A DNA stretch of 64,000 nt from a bacterium (lineage in GTDB: Bacteria; Cyanobacteriota; Vampirovibrionia; Obscuribacterales; Obscuribacteraceae). Under the pieces are notes generated by a model that saw only the letters and a program-made list of their open reading frames with translations, made no database searches and had not been told where the DNA came from. A program made the position numbers and the translations under genes. Shown here one piece after another: positions 26,677 to 38,495 of this stretch (the stretch's first letter is position 1; every line of letters begins with the position of its first letter). Location of the stretch: NCBI GenBank assembly GCA_016124935.1, contig WGMS01000022.1:10647-74646 (forward strand), written 5' to 3'.

Positions 26677-27327
26677 CTAATCTAAATTTGTCGGATTCTC
26701 TTCGATATTCTCGTTGACCACCGAAATTATCCAATCCACCGCTTCGCTAATAGATCGGGCCTGGAAGTCCGGCTTCACCGGCCATTGATAGTCGCCTTTC
26801 TGAACTCTTTCACCATAGCCTGTTTCAACTAGAATGCCGCGGGCGCCGCAGTTTTTGGCGAGTTCCACATCGGTGGCTTTATCACCGACAACGAAGGATA
26901 GTTCTCTATCCAGGTTCTCGTGATCTTTGTAAGCTTGCTCGACCATGCCCACGGCAGGCTTTCGACAATCGCAATCCCTGGCATATTTTTCTATTTTGGC
27001 ATCCGGAGCAGGTAGATGGGGGCAATAGTAGACAGCATCCAAGAATGCGCCTTGATCCGCCAGCAGTTTCTCCAGCCTTTGATTCAGGGCAAGAATATGG
27101 TCTTCCGGGTAATAGTCCCTGGCCGCACCGGTCTGGTTGGTGACAAGAATCGCTTTGATTCCCAGCATATTGAGGCGCTTGACCGCTTCTGCCGCTCCAT
27201 CGATAAGATTGAGATCCTCCAGATCTTTTATATATCCTGCTTCTATGTTCAGCGTGCCATCACGATCCAGAAATACTACAGGACGCTTTTCGCTTTTGTC
27301 GTGCTTCGAATTCATCATATAAATCAC
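26677..27327 (-). CDS. gmhB: D-glycero-beta-D-manno-heptose 1,7-bisphosphate 7-phosphatase (HAD-IIIA)
   Basis: VFLDRDGTLN, TNQTG, CDCRKP zinc-site-like motif and VGDKATDVE. Confidence 0.78.
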   Translation of the reverse strand: MIYMMNSKHDKSEKRPVVFLDRDGTLNIEAGYIKDLEDLNLIDGAAEAVKRLNMLGIKAILVTNQTGAARDYYPEDHILALNQRLEKLLADQGAFLDAVYYCPHLPAPDAKIEKYARDCDCRKPAVGMVEQAYKDHENLDRELSFVVGDKATDVELAKNCGARGILVETGYGERVQKGDYQWPVKPDFQARSISEAVDWIISVVNENIEENPTNLD

Positions 27328-27389
27328 CGGGCTGCTCTTGAAAAAGTATACTCGCTGCTGGTGAGATCTCTCTTCCCAAGCCGTTCAAG

Positions 27390-27429
27390 AAGTAAATCTA
27401 AGTAAATCTAAGTAACTCAAAGTAACCTA
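27390..27429. repeat. four tandem 10-bp repeats (AAGTAAATCT x2, AAGTAACTCA, AAGTAACCTA)
   Basis: Read directly from the sequence. The period is one helical turn. They lie in the divergent gmhB / blaI-like intergenic region. Confidence 0.9.
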
Positions 27430-27440
27430 TAAGATTTTGA

Positions 27441-27462
27441 TTTAGGTAACCAACTACCTAAA
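27441..27462. promoter_or_regulatory. palindromic candidate operator TTTAGGTA-N6-TACCTAAA
   Basis: Perfect 8-bp inverted repeat 53 nt upstream of the BlaI/CopY-family repressor start codon. Confidence 0.4.
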
Positions 27463-27514
27463 GTCGTCGGTCTGTGTTACGATTTTCCAAAGCCTTAGTA
27501 TCTGGTGAGTTTGC

Positions 27515-27925
27515 ATGAGATTACACGACGATAACGCGTCCTTTCGATTCAATCAGGTTGGACTGAAGAAGTTTCTTGGCGACCTGGAATGTGAAATCAT
27601 GGAGCTGGTCTGGAAGCTCTCCAGCTCTAATCCTACTGTTACCGTAAGAGAAGTCTACGACGCTTTGAGAAAGAAGCGTGAGATAGCATATACAACGGTA
27701 ATGACCACCATGGTAAGACTATCTGAAAAGGGTCTTTTGAAGATAGTGGACAAAGTCGGATTGGCCAATTGTTATGTGCCTGAGTCTGACAGAGAAACCT
27801 TTATAAGAAACTCGGTAGAACATGTACTGGACATCTTCTTCAGCGAGTTTCCCGATGAGTGCTCCGAGTTCGTCGCCGGTATGATGAGTCGCAAGCGTCC
27901 GAAGAAATCGACAAGGCGAAGATAG
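27515..27925 (+). CDS. BlaI/MecI/CopY-family transcriptional repressor
   Basis: 136 aa. The winged-helix Penicillinase_R pattern fits (E.EIMELVW......TVREVYDAL...REIAYTTVMTTMVRLSEKGLL). No BlaR1/M56 partner gene is adjacent. Confidence 0.75.
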   Translation: MRLHDDNASFRFNQVGLKKFLGDLECEIMELVWKLSSSNPTVTVREVYDALRKKREIAYTTVMTTMVRLSEKGLLKIVDKVGLANCYVPESDRETFIRNSVEHVLDIFFSEFPDECSEFVAGMMSRKRPKKSTRRR

Positions 27926-27968
27926 TAACAGGCGCAATCTGACTGTATTTGATTATTAGTGGTTTTAC

Positions 27969-28000
27969 GGCTTCAGTGCTCTGAAGCCGTTTTCTTTTTC
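27969..28000 (+). terminator. rho-independent terminator of the blaI-like gene
   Basis: CGGCTTCAG / TGCT loop / CTGAAGCCG, followed by TTTTCTTTTT. Confidence 0.8.
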
Positions 28001-28020
28001 TGATCGCTATTACGCAGAAC

Positions 28021-28050
28021 AAATGAAAAGAGGGACGGTGGCACCGTCCC
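28021..28050 (-). terminator. rho-independent terminator of secretin paralog 1
   Basis: GGGACGGTG-G-CACCGTCCC hairpin (28032-28050). On the - strand it is followed by TCTTTTCATTT. Confidence 0.7.
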
Positions 28051-28077
28051 CCTTCATTACTCTTACCGATACCGCGA

Positions 28078-30405
28078 TTATTGAGAATCGGGAATCGGCG
28101 CGCCTTCCGGCAGAGTCGGAGAGGTCTTCTGGTGACGTTCCGCACGACCCGAGGAGTAGTGACGTTCGTCCACAACGGTAGGTTCGACCTGGAACATGTT
28201 CATGTCGCGAGGTCCTTCTACCCGACCGATCTCTTCCGGCAGTTTGAGCTGTCCAGGAGTACCAGGCAGGATTATTTCCGGTCTGACTGCTATGACAAGC
28301 TCGCTCTCGTTCTTGGCGAAAGCTTTCGATCTGTACATCGCACCGAGTACCGGAACTTCACCGATTATCGGTAATTTAATTAACTCACGACCGTTGTTGG
28401 TCGAGACCAATCCACCGATGAACAGCTCCTGTCCGGGTTTCATCTCGACAATGGTCTGAGCCTTTCTCGTGATGAAAGAGGGGATGATAGTGGCTGAACC
28501 AGGTACGTTCAAACCGTTTGCCAGAGAAGGAATTCTCTCTTCAGGAGAAACTTCCAGGTTTATCGCTCCATTCTCCATGAGGATAGGAATGAAGTTCAAT
28601 CTCAGACCGAACGGTTCGAATACGACCGACTGTTGAGCCTGACCGGCTGCAGCCACGGCTTGCAGGATCGGGATCTCACCACCTGCCAGAAAGGCAGCGC
28701 GCTCGCCGGATATACAGACAAGGGATGGCTCCGACAGTACTCTAGCCCGGTTCATCGAGATCAGACCCTGAATGGTGGGGTTTATTGAGAAGCGGCTGGA
28801 GCTGGTGGAGGGAAAGTTGGTGCTTGCGCTGAACAGGTTCATCAAACCGCCAGAGGCGAAGCTGACACCACCCGGAGCTCCGAAGAGAACCGAAGCGGGA
28901 GCCACGGATGGAGGCTGGTTTAGTAGAACTGCCTGACCGATACCGCTGATGTTGTTACCCTGGAACTGGTTGGCTGAAGCAAACCCTGTGGGACCCACCG
29001 AGAAGCCTGTGTTGACCCTGCCGGCTGGCACCGCGCCAGGCGCCAGTGGAGTTCCTGCAACTCCTCCGGTGGTGTTTGTGTACTGGTTGATACCACCGAA
29101 TGGAATAGGAATGTTTACTCCGGCGGTCTGGTTAGTACCACCTATACCGAAGGCGAACCCCGAGGTGGTGCCGTTGAATCCTACCGCGGTGGCAAGTTCT
29201 CTGGCGGAGCTGGTGTTCATCTCCATGAATGTGACATGCAGGATGATCAGGGGCACTTTGCGGATTTTGATCATCGAGGTCACCCGGCCGCCATCACTGG
29301 TGATGACCTGACCTTTGGAGATATTATTCTGGGTGTTGGGGAAAAATGTATATCTGTCCACCGAAGCGAGCTGGGCCAACTGACCGGAAGCACCACCAGC
29401 CTGACCGCCGCCGCCCTGGGCGGAAACTTCGCCGATTCGGGCATTGATCAGTCGGTTGTTAGCAACCTGGATGTTCATGCCGCGGTCGTCCATGAAGACG
29501 TTGGCAGCCATGAAGGCTCTGATAACCGACTCGGGGTGATCGACATCACCCATCAAGAGGACTCTGTCGGAGCCGCCGACGGAGAAAGCCTTGACGATGA
29601 TTCTCGGATCGATCTCTCTAAGAGAGGTCTGGAGTTCGTCGAAGTCTCTGTCTACGAGGATATCGATGGCGGTGGTGTTACCGGCATCGTCCCAGAGAAC
29701 CATGGTGGCGCTGCCGGGCGCTTTACCAAGCATTACCATCTGGTTTTCGGCTACCACGACCGGCTCGGCAATGCCGGGATCCGAGATGGAGGTTCTGACT
29801 ATCTTGTTTCTCAATTTGAAGGTTCTCGACTGAGAAACTTTCAAATCGATGACGTTGGTGGTCTTGAACTCTTCCATGTCCACGGTACCGGTCACTACGG
29901 GCGGTATCGGTGTGGCGGTGACGTCACTGCCGGTGGACTGAGCGATAACGTGGTCGGGCGCTAGCTGGGCGAGCAATTGTTTGCCGTGGGTCGCGCTGGT
30001 GGCCGACAACTGGGGAGTTACTCCCGGAACTGGTCCGTTGTAGCTTACAAGAGTCGGTGCGTTATCTTTTGTAGAGGAGGAGTTTATGGAGGGATGAATA
30101 CTGAGAGCTGCTGCAGGTGCCGGCATATCTTTGGCGAATTCATTGCCGCCACCAAGAAGAAGCATCACATGATCTTCTTCGAGCGCCGCGCTGTCAGTAG
30201 ATTGCTTTTTGGAAGCAACGGTTTTATTGACCTGGTTCTTCTTTGCTTTTACCGAAGCTTTCTTCGGTGAAGCCTTGGAAGATTTCTCGCTCGTGGACAG
30301 CTTTTGCCAGATGGCGTCGGCTGCCTGGGCTGGTTGTACAAGCCAGCCGGCCTGGGTCAATAAAATTGACAGGCTCATTGCTAGGCTTTTCCTTGGCGTA
30401 TTCAT
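28078..30405 (-). CDS. CpaC/RcpA-like secretin (pilus-N domain, BON-like domain, secretin domain), paralog 1
   Basis: 775 aa. It has a signal peptide, a Lys/Ser-rich spacer and a T2SS-T3SS_pil_N-like segment (VSQSRTFKLRNKIVRTSISDPGIAEPVVV...MVLWDDAGN). A BON-like segment follows. The secretin core (LSEPSLVCISGERAAFLAGGEIPIL...IGEVPVLGAMYRS...SELVIAVRPEII) carries a Gly/Asn-rich insertion. Confidence 0.85.
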   Translation of the reverse strand: MNTPRKSLAMSLSILLTQAGWLVQPAQAADAIWQKLSTSEKSSKASPKKASVKAKKNQVNKTVASKKQSTDSAALEEDHVMLLLGGGNEFAKDMPAPAAALSIHPSINSSSTKDNAPTLVSYNGPVPGVTPQLSATSATHGKQLLAQLAPDHVIAQSTGSDVTATPIPPVVTGTVDMEEFKTTNVIDLKVSQSRTFKLRNKIVRTSISDPGIAEPVVVAENQMVMLGKAPGSATMVLWDDAGNTTAIDILVDRDFDELQTSLREIDPRIIVKAFSVGGSDRVLLMGDVDHPESVIRAFMAANVFMDDRGMNIQVANNRLINARIGEVSAQGGGGQAGGASGQLAQLASVDRYTFFPNTQNNISKGQVITSDGGRVTSMIKIRKVPLIILHVTFMEMNTSSARELATAVGFNGTTSGFAFGIGGTNQTAGVNIPIPFGGINQYTNTTGGVAGTPLAPGAVPAGRVNTGFSVGPTGFASANQFQGNNISGIGQAVLLNQPPSVAPASVLFGAPGGVSFASGGLMNLFSASTNFPSTSSSRFSINPTIQGLISMNRARVLSEPSLVCISGERAAFLAGGEIPILQAVAAAGQAQQSVVFEPFGLRLNFIPILMENGAINLEVSPEERIPSLANGLNVPGSATIIPSFITRKAQTIVEMKPGQELFIGGLVSTNNGRELIKLPIIGEVPVLGAMYRSKAFAKNESELVIAVRPEIILPGTPGQLKLPEEIGRVEGPRDMNMFQVEPTVVDERHYSSGRAERHQKTSPTLPEGAPIPDSQ

Positions 30406-30466
30406 TCCACTCTCCCTCTAAGTTATATAACGCTCTTCCACGTATTCAAGGATGAATCTAAATCTA

Positions 30467-32857
30467 TTATCTGAAGTCAGGTATCGGAGCACCTTCAGGC
30501 AACGTAGGTGATGTCTTCTGGTGACGTTCCGCGCGACCACTTGTGTAATGGCGCTCGTCCACCACCGTCGGCTCTACCTGGAACATGTTCATGTCGCGAG
30601 GACCTTCTACCCTTCCGATCTCCTCAGGCAGCTTGAGCTGTCCGGGGGTACCAGGCAGGATGACTTCCGGTCTGATGGCGATGACCAGTTCGCTCTCGTT
30701 CTTGTTGAAAGATTTGGAGCGATACAGGGCGCCTATAACCGGAATCTCTCCGAAGATAGGATATTTATTCAATTCGCGACCGTTGTTGGTGGTGACCATG
30801 CCGGAGATAAAGAGCTCCTGACCGGGCTTCATCTCTACGATAGTCTGTACCTTACGGGTTGTGAATCCGGGAATGTTGGTATTGCTTCCCGGGAAGTTGA
30901 AGGCGAAGGCATTAGAAATCACCCGCTCTTCCGGCGACACCTCCAGGTTTATCGATCCGTTTTCCATCAGAACAGGAATCATATTGATTCGCATACCGAA
31001 AGGCTCGAAGGTGACCGAGAACTGGTTCTGACCGGCGGTGGCGATGGCTTGCAGAATTGGGATTTCTCCACCGGCCAGGAAGGATGCCCGCTCACCGGAG
31101 ATACATACAAGGGTTGGCTCGGAGAGAACCCTTGCTCGGTTGTGGGCGATGATACCCTGAACCGAGGGGTTGACCGAGAACTTGTAGGGGCTGCCGGTGG
31201 CGAAGTTGGATACTGCGGTCAACAGGTTGCCGAGACCGGCTGTCTGGAAGGCCGCACCACCCGGAGCACCGAAAAGAATTTGCGAAGGTAGAATCGGCGC
31301 CGCCTGCGGAAAGATTGGCAGACCGATACCCAATACCTGGGTCGCCTGGGCCGGGTTGACGAAGGAGACGGAGGCGTTAGAGTAATTGGTTGAAATGCCC
31401 TGAATATTAGCGTCTACCGGAAATCCCTGGGGCGAGTTCGAAAACCCGGGTAATCTCTGGTTTGCACCTGGAATACTAACCAGGTAGCTACCGTTCGCCG
31501 CGGCGTTGGCGGTACTACCACCGATACCGAAGCCGAAGCCGGGACCGGAGAAGTTGAAACCGAGAGAGACACCGAGCTGGCGGGCAGCCAGGGTGTTCAT
31601 CTCCATGAAGGTCACATGCAGCGCGATCAGGGGGACTTTACGTACCTTGATCAAACTGGTGACTCGACCACCATCACTGACAATTCCCTGAGCCAGAGAA
31701 ACGTTGTTGTTCAGGTTGGGGAAGAAGGTGTATCTGTCGACGGAAGATAGCTGGGCAAGCTGACCGGTTTGACCACCGGCCTGTCCGCCGCCACCCTGGG
31801 CGCCCATCTCACCGATTCTGGCGTTGATCAGGCGGTTGTTGGCTACCTGGATGCTCATGCCACGGTCGTCCATATAGACGTTAGCTGCGGCGAAAGCTCG
31901 GACCACCGACTCGGGGTGATCCACATCTCCGTAGAGGATGACTCGGTCAGAACCGCCTACAGAGTAGGTTTTGACAATAATTCTGGGGTCAATCTCTCTG
32001 AGAGTGGCTTGAAGTTGGTTGTAGTCTCTCGATACTTTGACGTCGATGGCGGTATTGTTGCCGGCGTCGTCCCATATTACGAGAGTAGCTTTACCCGGGG
32101 ATTTGCCCAGCAGGACGAGTTGGTTCTCGGATACGACAACCGGCTCTACGATTCCGGGGTCACTGATAGAGGTTCTGACTACTTTGTTTCTCAGCTTGAA
32201 GGTTCTGGAACGAGAAACCTTCACATCGATAACGTTGGTCGGCTTGTACTCTTCCAGGTCCACAGTGCCTGTCACTACAGGAGGAATCGGGCTGGCGGTG
32301 ATTTCGCTGCTGCTGGACTGGGCAATCAGATTGTCCGCAGCCAGTTGAGCGATAAAGTCTTCGCTGCGGGCCGATTGAGCTTCGTGAGCAGTTTGAGCTT
32401 TGGATTTGATCTCTTCATCTATAGGAATTTCGCTGGTAGCTTCAGCCGAGGGAGAAGATATAGCTGGATTGATAGCTACCGGGGCGGCATCCATGCTGGC
32501 CGGAAGGCTCGGATGAATAGAGAGCGCAGCGGCTGGCGCCGGTCCTGCGCCCAGGGCTCCGACGTCCTTGCGACCCGGCAGGAACAACATCGAATGACTC
32601 TCATCTATAGATACATCGTTTGTAGCGATCTTGATCGCTTTCTGCGGGGCTGCGGCACCGGAAGTTTGCTTGGTGGCAACCTTCTTAGAAGATACGGCCT
32701 TCTTAGTGGCTACCTTCTTAATAGATTTACCGCCGGCGGTGTCTGACAATTTTTGCCAGATTGCACCATCTGCCGGTGTAGCGCTTGCCGATTGCCAACC
32801 AGCCTGTGATAGCGCGATCAATGCGCTAAGAGCTAAGCTCGTATTTGGCTTGTTCAT
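30467..32857 (-). CDS. CpaC/RcpA-like secretin, paralog 2 (tandem duplicate)
   Basis: 796 aa with the same architecture as paralog 1. The last ~75 aa and the signal peptide are near-identical. An identical 18-nt start region, CATTCCACTCTCCCTCTA (+ strand), occurs at 30403-30420 and 32855-32872. Confidence 0.85.
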   Translation of the reverse strand: MNKPNTSLALSALIALSQAGWQSASATPADGAIWQKLSDTAGGKSIKKVATKKAVSSKKVATKQTSGAAAPQKAIKIATNDVSIDESHSMLFLPGRKDVGALGAGPAPAAALSIHPSLPASMDAAPVAINPAISSPSAEATSEIPIDEEIKSKAQTAHEAQSARSEDFIAQLAADNLIAQSSSSEITASPIPPVVTGTVDLEEYKPTNVIDVKVSRSRTFKLRNKVVRTSISDPGIVEPVVVSENQLVLLGKSPGKATLVIWDDAGNNTAIDVKVSRDYNQLQATLREIDPRIIVKTYSVGGSDRVILYGDVDHPESVVRAFAAANVYMDDRGMSIQVANNRLINARIGEMGAQGGGGQAGGQTGQLAQLSSVDRYTFFPNLNNNVSLAQGIVSDGGRVTSLIKVRKVPLIALHVTFMEMNTLAARQLGVSLGFNFSGPGFGFGIGGSTANAAANGSYLVSIPGANQRLPGFSNSPQGFPVDANIQGISTNYSNASVSFVNPAQATQVLGIGLPIFPQAAPILPSQILFGAPGGAAFQTAGLGNLLTAVSNFATGSPYKFSVNPSVQGIIAHNRARVLSEPTLVCISGERASFLAGGEIPILQAIATAGQNQFSVTFEPFGMRINMIPVLMENGSINLEVSPEERVISNAFAFNFPGSNTNIPGFTTRKVQTIVEMKPGQELFISGMVTTNNGRELNKYPIFGEIPVIGALYRSKSFNKNESELVIAIRPEVILPGTPGQLKLPEEIGRVEGPRDMNMFQVEPTVVDERHYTSGRAERHQKTSPTLPEGAPIPDFR

Positions 32858-33949
32858 TCCACTCTCCCTCTATCTAGCTTCCTGTAGATTTTGATAACTG
32901 CGACTCATTTTAGTTTGCGGAAGCGAGTTTAGTAAGTGTCGGTATGGACCCGACCAGGTCAGCAGTTTAGCATGAGTATCCGGACTGTGCACCTACCTTT
33001 TCTTATACCGTTCAAAGGTTTGAAACTAATGGGGGGCGAATTCCCGAAACGCCCCACCTGTTTGGGCTCATGTACTGTAGCGGATTGTTGCGGCATTTTG
33101 CGAAGGCTTTATTGACAACCGGATATGGTGCCATGTGGTGGCGGCGTTCCAGGCATGTCAAGGTGGCATCGGCAATGATACCGTCATCAGTGGTATCGCC
33201 GCTACAGTCTGCTTTTGTATGCTGGATGGATAGTGTAAATATTGGCTATCGCAAGCTATCGGTCATATAATTGGGTTTTAGCCTATATCGGACACAAGCG
33301 GACGAGGGGATGTCAGTGGATTTTCTCGAGCTTTGGTCCAGGCGATCAGTCAATTTCTTGCCAGGTCGTTAAAACCGGCTCTATATCGAGATTTCGTGGC
33401 TGTCTTTCCGGTTGTGATGAGGACGATGCCACTCTTTTGTAAAAATCAGGTTGCTGCTTCGTTGCTTGCGATGATCGAAAAAAAACTGAATAAATTCTAG
33501 TTAAGGAGATGCTTCAGATCAGTCTGCCTGATCTCTCTAATTGGGGAGGGAAGCATATTTGATGGCTTGTCGTTGAATATGAGATTGATGTTGTCTGGTG
33601 GCAGTTTTTGTTTTGCGTTTTAATTTCGACCAATCAGATCCTTCTCTTTCAACTAATACGCATCGTGGATAAAAGTTCCCCCTGGCATCCTCGTTTATCG
33701 GTTCTTTTGCAGGTGCTTCGAGAAGTCGAAGATCCTAAGGCTTCCTCAACTATATATAGGATTCAAGAAGGCTCTTGCCACCATGGCTTGCCTATCATGA
33801 GAAAGACCACAGGTATAAGAATCAAGATAAGTATTGTTATTCACCTCTTTTAAGTTATATACTCTGCCCTGAAATCTTCAGCGGGTTTTACTGTTTAGGA
33901 TTTCCTACTTGAAAAGGTATCAATATTGGGAAGGTGAGAGAGAAAAGCC

Positions 33950-34678
33950 GTGACAGAGACAAATAGTGACCAGGAAAAGGTACTAGTCGTTGATGATGAA
34001 GCTTCTATTAGAAGAATCCTCGAGACCAGACTGAAGCTGGCTGGGTACAACGTAGTGACCGCCGCCGATGGGCAAGAGGCGCTGGATCAATTTAATGGTT
34101 TTCAGCCCGATCTGGTGATTCTCGATGTGATGCTTCCCAAGATGGACGGTTACGAAGTCTGTCGCGAGATTCGCAAGACCTCCGATACTCCTATAATCAT
34201 GCTCACCGCTGTGGCCGATGTCTCTAACCGGATTCAGGGTCTTGAGATTGGTGCTGATGACTATGTGGTCAAGCCTTTCAGTCCCAGCGAACTGGAAGCC
34301 CGGATCAAAGCTGTTTTGAGACGTACTGTGGAGAGGCAGCAAGAGACCGGTCAAAGCAAGAGTTCGAATGTCATCACTATAGGTAGCTTGAAAATCGATC
34401 TCAACAAAAGACAGGTGACCCGGAAGAACGAAAGAATCAGATTGACTGGCATGGAATTCAGTCTGCTCGAACTGCTGGTGACCAATTCCGGTCGACCCTT
34501 TTCTCGGGGCGAGATTCTCCAGCAGGTCTGGGCTTATCCCCCTGATCATAGAATCGATACCCGGGTAGTCGATGTACATATAAGTAGATTACGTTCCAAG
34601 CTTGAAGAAGATTCTTCCAATCCGGATCTAATTCTCACCGCAAGGGGAATCGGCTATATGTTCCAGAAGATAAACTAG
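33950..34678 (+). CDS. OmpR-family response regulator, RpaB-like
   Basis: 242 aa. VLVVDDEASIRRILETRL...PDLVILDVMLPKMDGYEVCREIRK.SD.PIIMLTA..DV..RI.GLE.GADDYVVKPFSP.ELEARI closely follows the cyanobacterial RpaB pattern as I recall it. GTG start. Confidence 0.85.
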   Translation: MTETNSDQEKVLVVDDEASIRRILETRLKLAGYNVVTAADGQEALDQFNGFQPDLVILDVMLPKMDGYEVCREIRKTSDTPIIMLTAVADVSNRIQGLEIGADDYVVKPFSPSELEARIKAVLRRTVERQQETGQSKSSNVITIGSLKIDLNKRQVTRKNERIRLTGMEFSLLELLVTNSGRPFSRGEILQQVWAYPPDHRIDTRVVDVHISRLRSKLEEDSSNPDLILTARGIGYMFQKIN

Positions 34679-34702
34679 GCACTAAGTCTTTTGTATCTAG
34701 CT

Positions 34703-34738
34703 AAAAAAAAACGACCTCCTTCAGGAGGTCGTTTTTTT
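34703..34738. terminator. bidirectional rho-independent terminator between convergent genes
   Basis: A-run / ACGACCTCC-TTCA-GGAGGTCGT / T-run, i.e. AAAAAAAAACGACCTCCTTCAGGAGGTCGTTTTTTT. Confidence 0.9.
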
Positions 34739-34767
34739 GGGTTCATTTTCCTGGGAGCCGAGATCTA

Positions 34768-36054
<1,287 letters not shown>

Positions 36055-36262
36055 CTATACCCAGCTCTTGTGGCGAGCCGGTCTAAGTAGTGGCCTTTTG
36101 AGGGGATCATATTAACACTATAAATATGTCCAACCTCCGGATGAGAATCTTGTTTTCATAGTTGATGTAGTATTTTGAAATAGATTAAGATGTCAAGGCA
36201 GGCTTTTGATAAATCGCAAGCTGATGGGAGAAGGTAATTGGTGAGTTCAGGGGCGGGAGAAG

Positions 36263-36973
36263 TTGGCGGTACGCAGTAGAGCAGGCATTATCCTTCTTCT
36301 TTGTCTTTGCCTGGTTCAGCCCTTGGCCGTCTCTCCGGGATATGGCGAGGCTCTATCCGGTCATGTGCAGAAGAAGGATAGTGGCAATGCTGCCTACCCG
36401 GAAGGAATGGATATAGATGATATGGACCCTGGAGAAGCCAGGGACAGGGCCCCTTCGCCGCCGGTTTCGGCCGCTCCGCCTGTTTATCGCACAGAAGGCA
36501 GCGGTCCAGTATCTAATCAGCCCGCAGATCGACCCGGGTCGGTGCCGGTCTCGAGTGTTCCTTCCAATCTGCCTGCCAATTCTTTTCCGTCCACGTTTCT
36601 GGGGCGATGGCACTGTGTGACCGAGGTGGTTGATTCTTATGTCCGCGACGTCGGCGTCGGCACCAAGATGGTCAGCGAGGTGAAGTTCTCGCGCAAGCCG
36701 GACGGAAGAGTGGTGGCAGACTGGTTGCAGCCTGGTTGGACCGAGTCCCAGGCCTTTGCGGTGTCCTGGAGCGATCAGGAGGCTCGCGTCGATCGAACCT
36801 GCTACTATTTTGGCGATGGAATGCAGGGCGCCTGGGCGTCCCGGTCTCGTGATCACTTCATTATGCAGGAGCCGGCTAAGATGCTCTGCAAGAGCTATAT
36901 AGATCAGTATATAGATGGACGATACCTGGGGCGGTATCGTACCGTATCTGTCCTCACTCGAATTATCAACTGA
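36263..36973 (+). CDS. hypothetical secreted protein
   Basis: 236 aa with a signal-like N-terminus (IILLLCLCLVQPLAVSPGYGEA) and a Pro/Ser-rich linker. No motif recognised. The non-ATG start is uncertain. Confidence 0.5.
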   Translation: MAVRSRAGIILLLCLCLVQPLAVSPGYGEALSGHVQKKDSGNAAYPEGMDIDDMDPGEARDRAPSPPVSAAPPVYRTEGSGPVSNQPADRPGSVPVSSVPSNLPANSFPSTFLGRWHCVTEVVDSYVRDVGVGTKMVSEVKFSRKPDGRVVADWLQPGWTESQAFAVSWSDQEARVDRTCYYFGDGMQGAWASRSRDHFIMQEPAKMLCKSYIDQYIDGRYLGRYRTVSVLTRIIN

Positions 36974-36975
36974 CC

Positions 36976-38307
<1,332 letters not shown>

Positions 38308-38495
38308 TTAGTGGTATCACCGTCAGTATTTATCACCGAATTTCGGAAATTCCCAAAATTTTTGGTGCAAATGATCGGCGTTCAAGTATAATCCTAAAAC
38401 GAAAGTTCGTTTTTCAATCATCCAGTAAACAATATCATTTGAGCGGAAGTCTTACCTTATAGTTCGCACAGCGAACCTAGAAGCGGCGGTCGAAA

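Noticed and set aside
27390-27429. The tandem 10-bp repeats as a CRISPR array or minisatellite
   Set aside because: The units are contiguous with no spacers and only 10 bp long, and no cas genes are present. No CRISPR-like array exists anywhere in the window.
29236-32746. Long antisense ORFs inside the secretin genes (29236-29964, 30521-31291 and 31769-32746, up to 325 aa)
   Set aside because: They lie entirely opposite well-supported secretin CDSs. They have Gly/Arg/Asp/Val-rich compositions typical of shadow frames of GC-skewed codons, and no recognisable motifs or ribosome-binding sites.
33488-33545. 17-codon mini-ORF (MLQISLPDLSNWGGKHI) starting right after AAGGAG in the long intergenic region
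   Set aside because: The Shine-Dalgarno-like sequence abuts the ATG with zero spacing, and the ORF overlaps a 7-bp inverted repeat. This is more likely RNA structure or chance.
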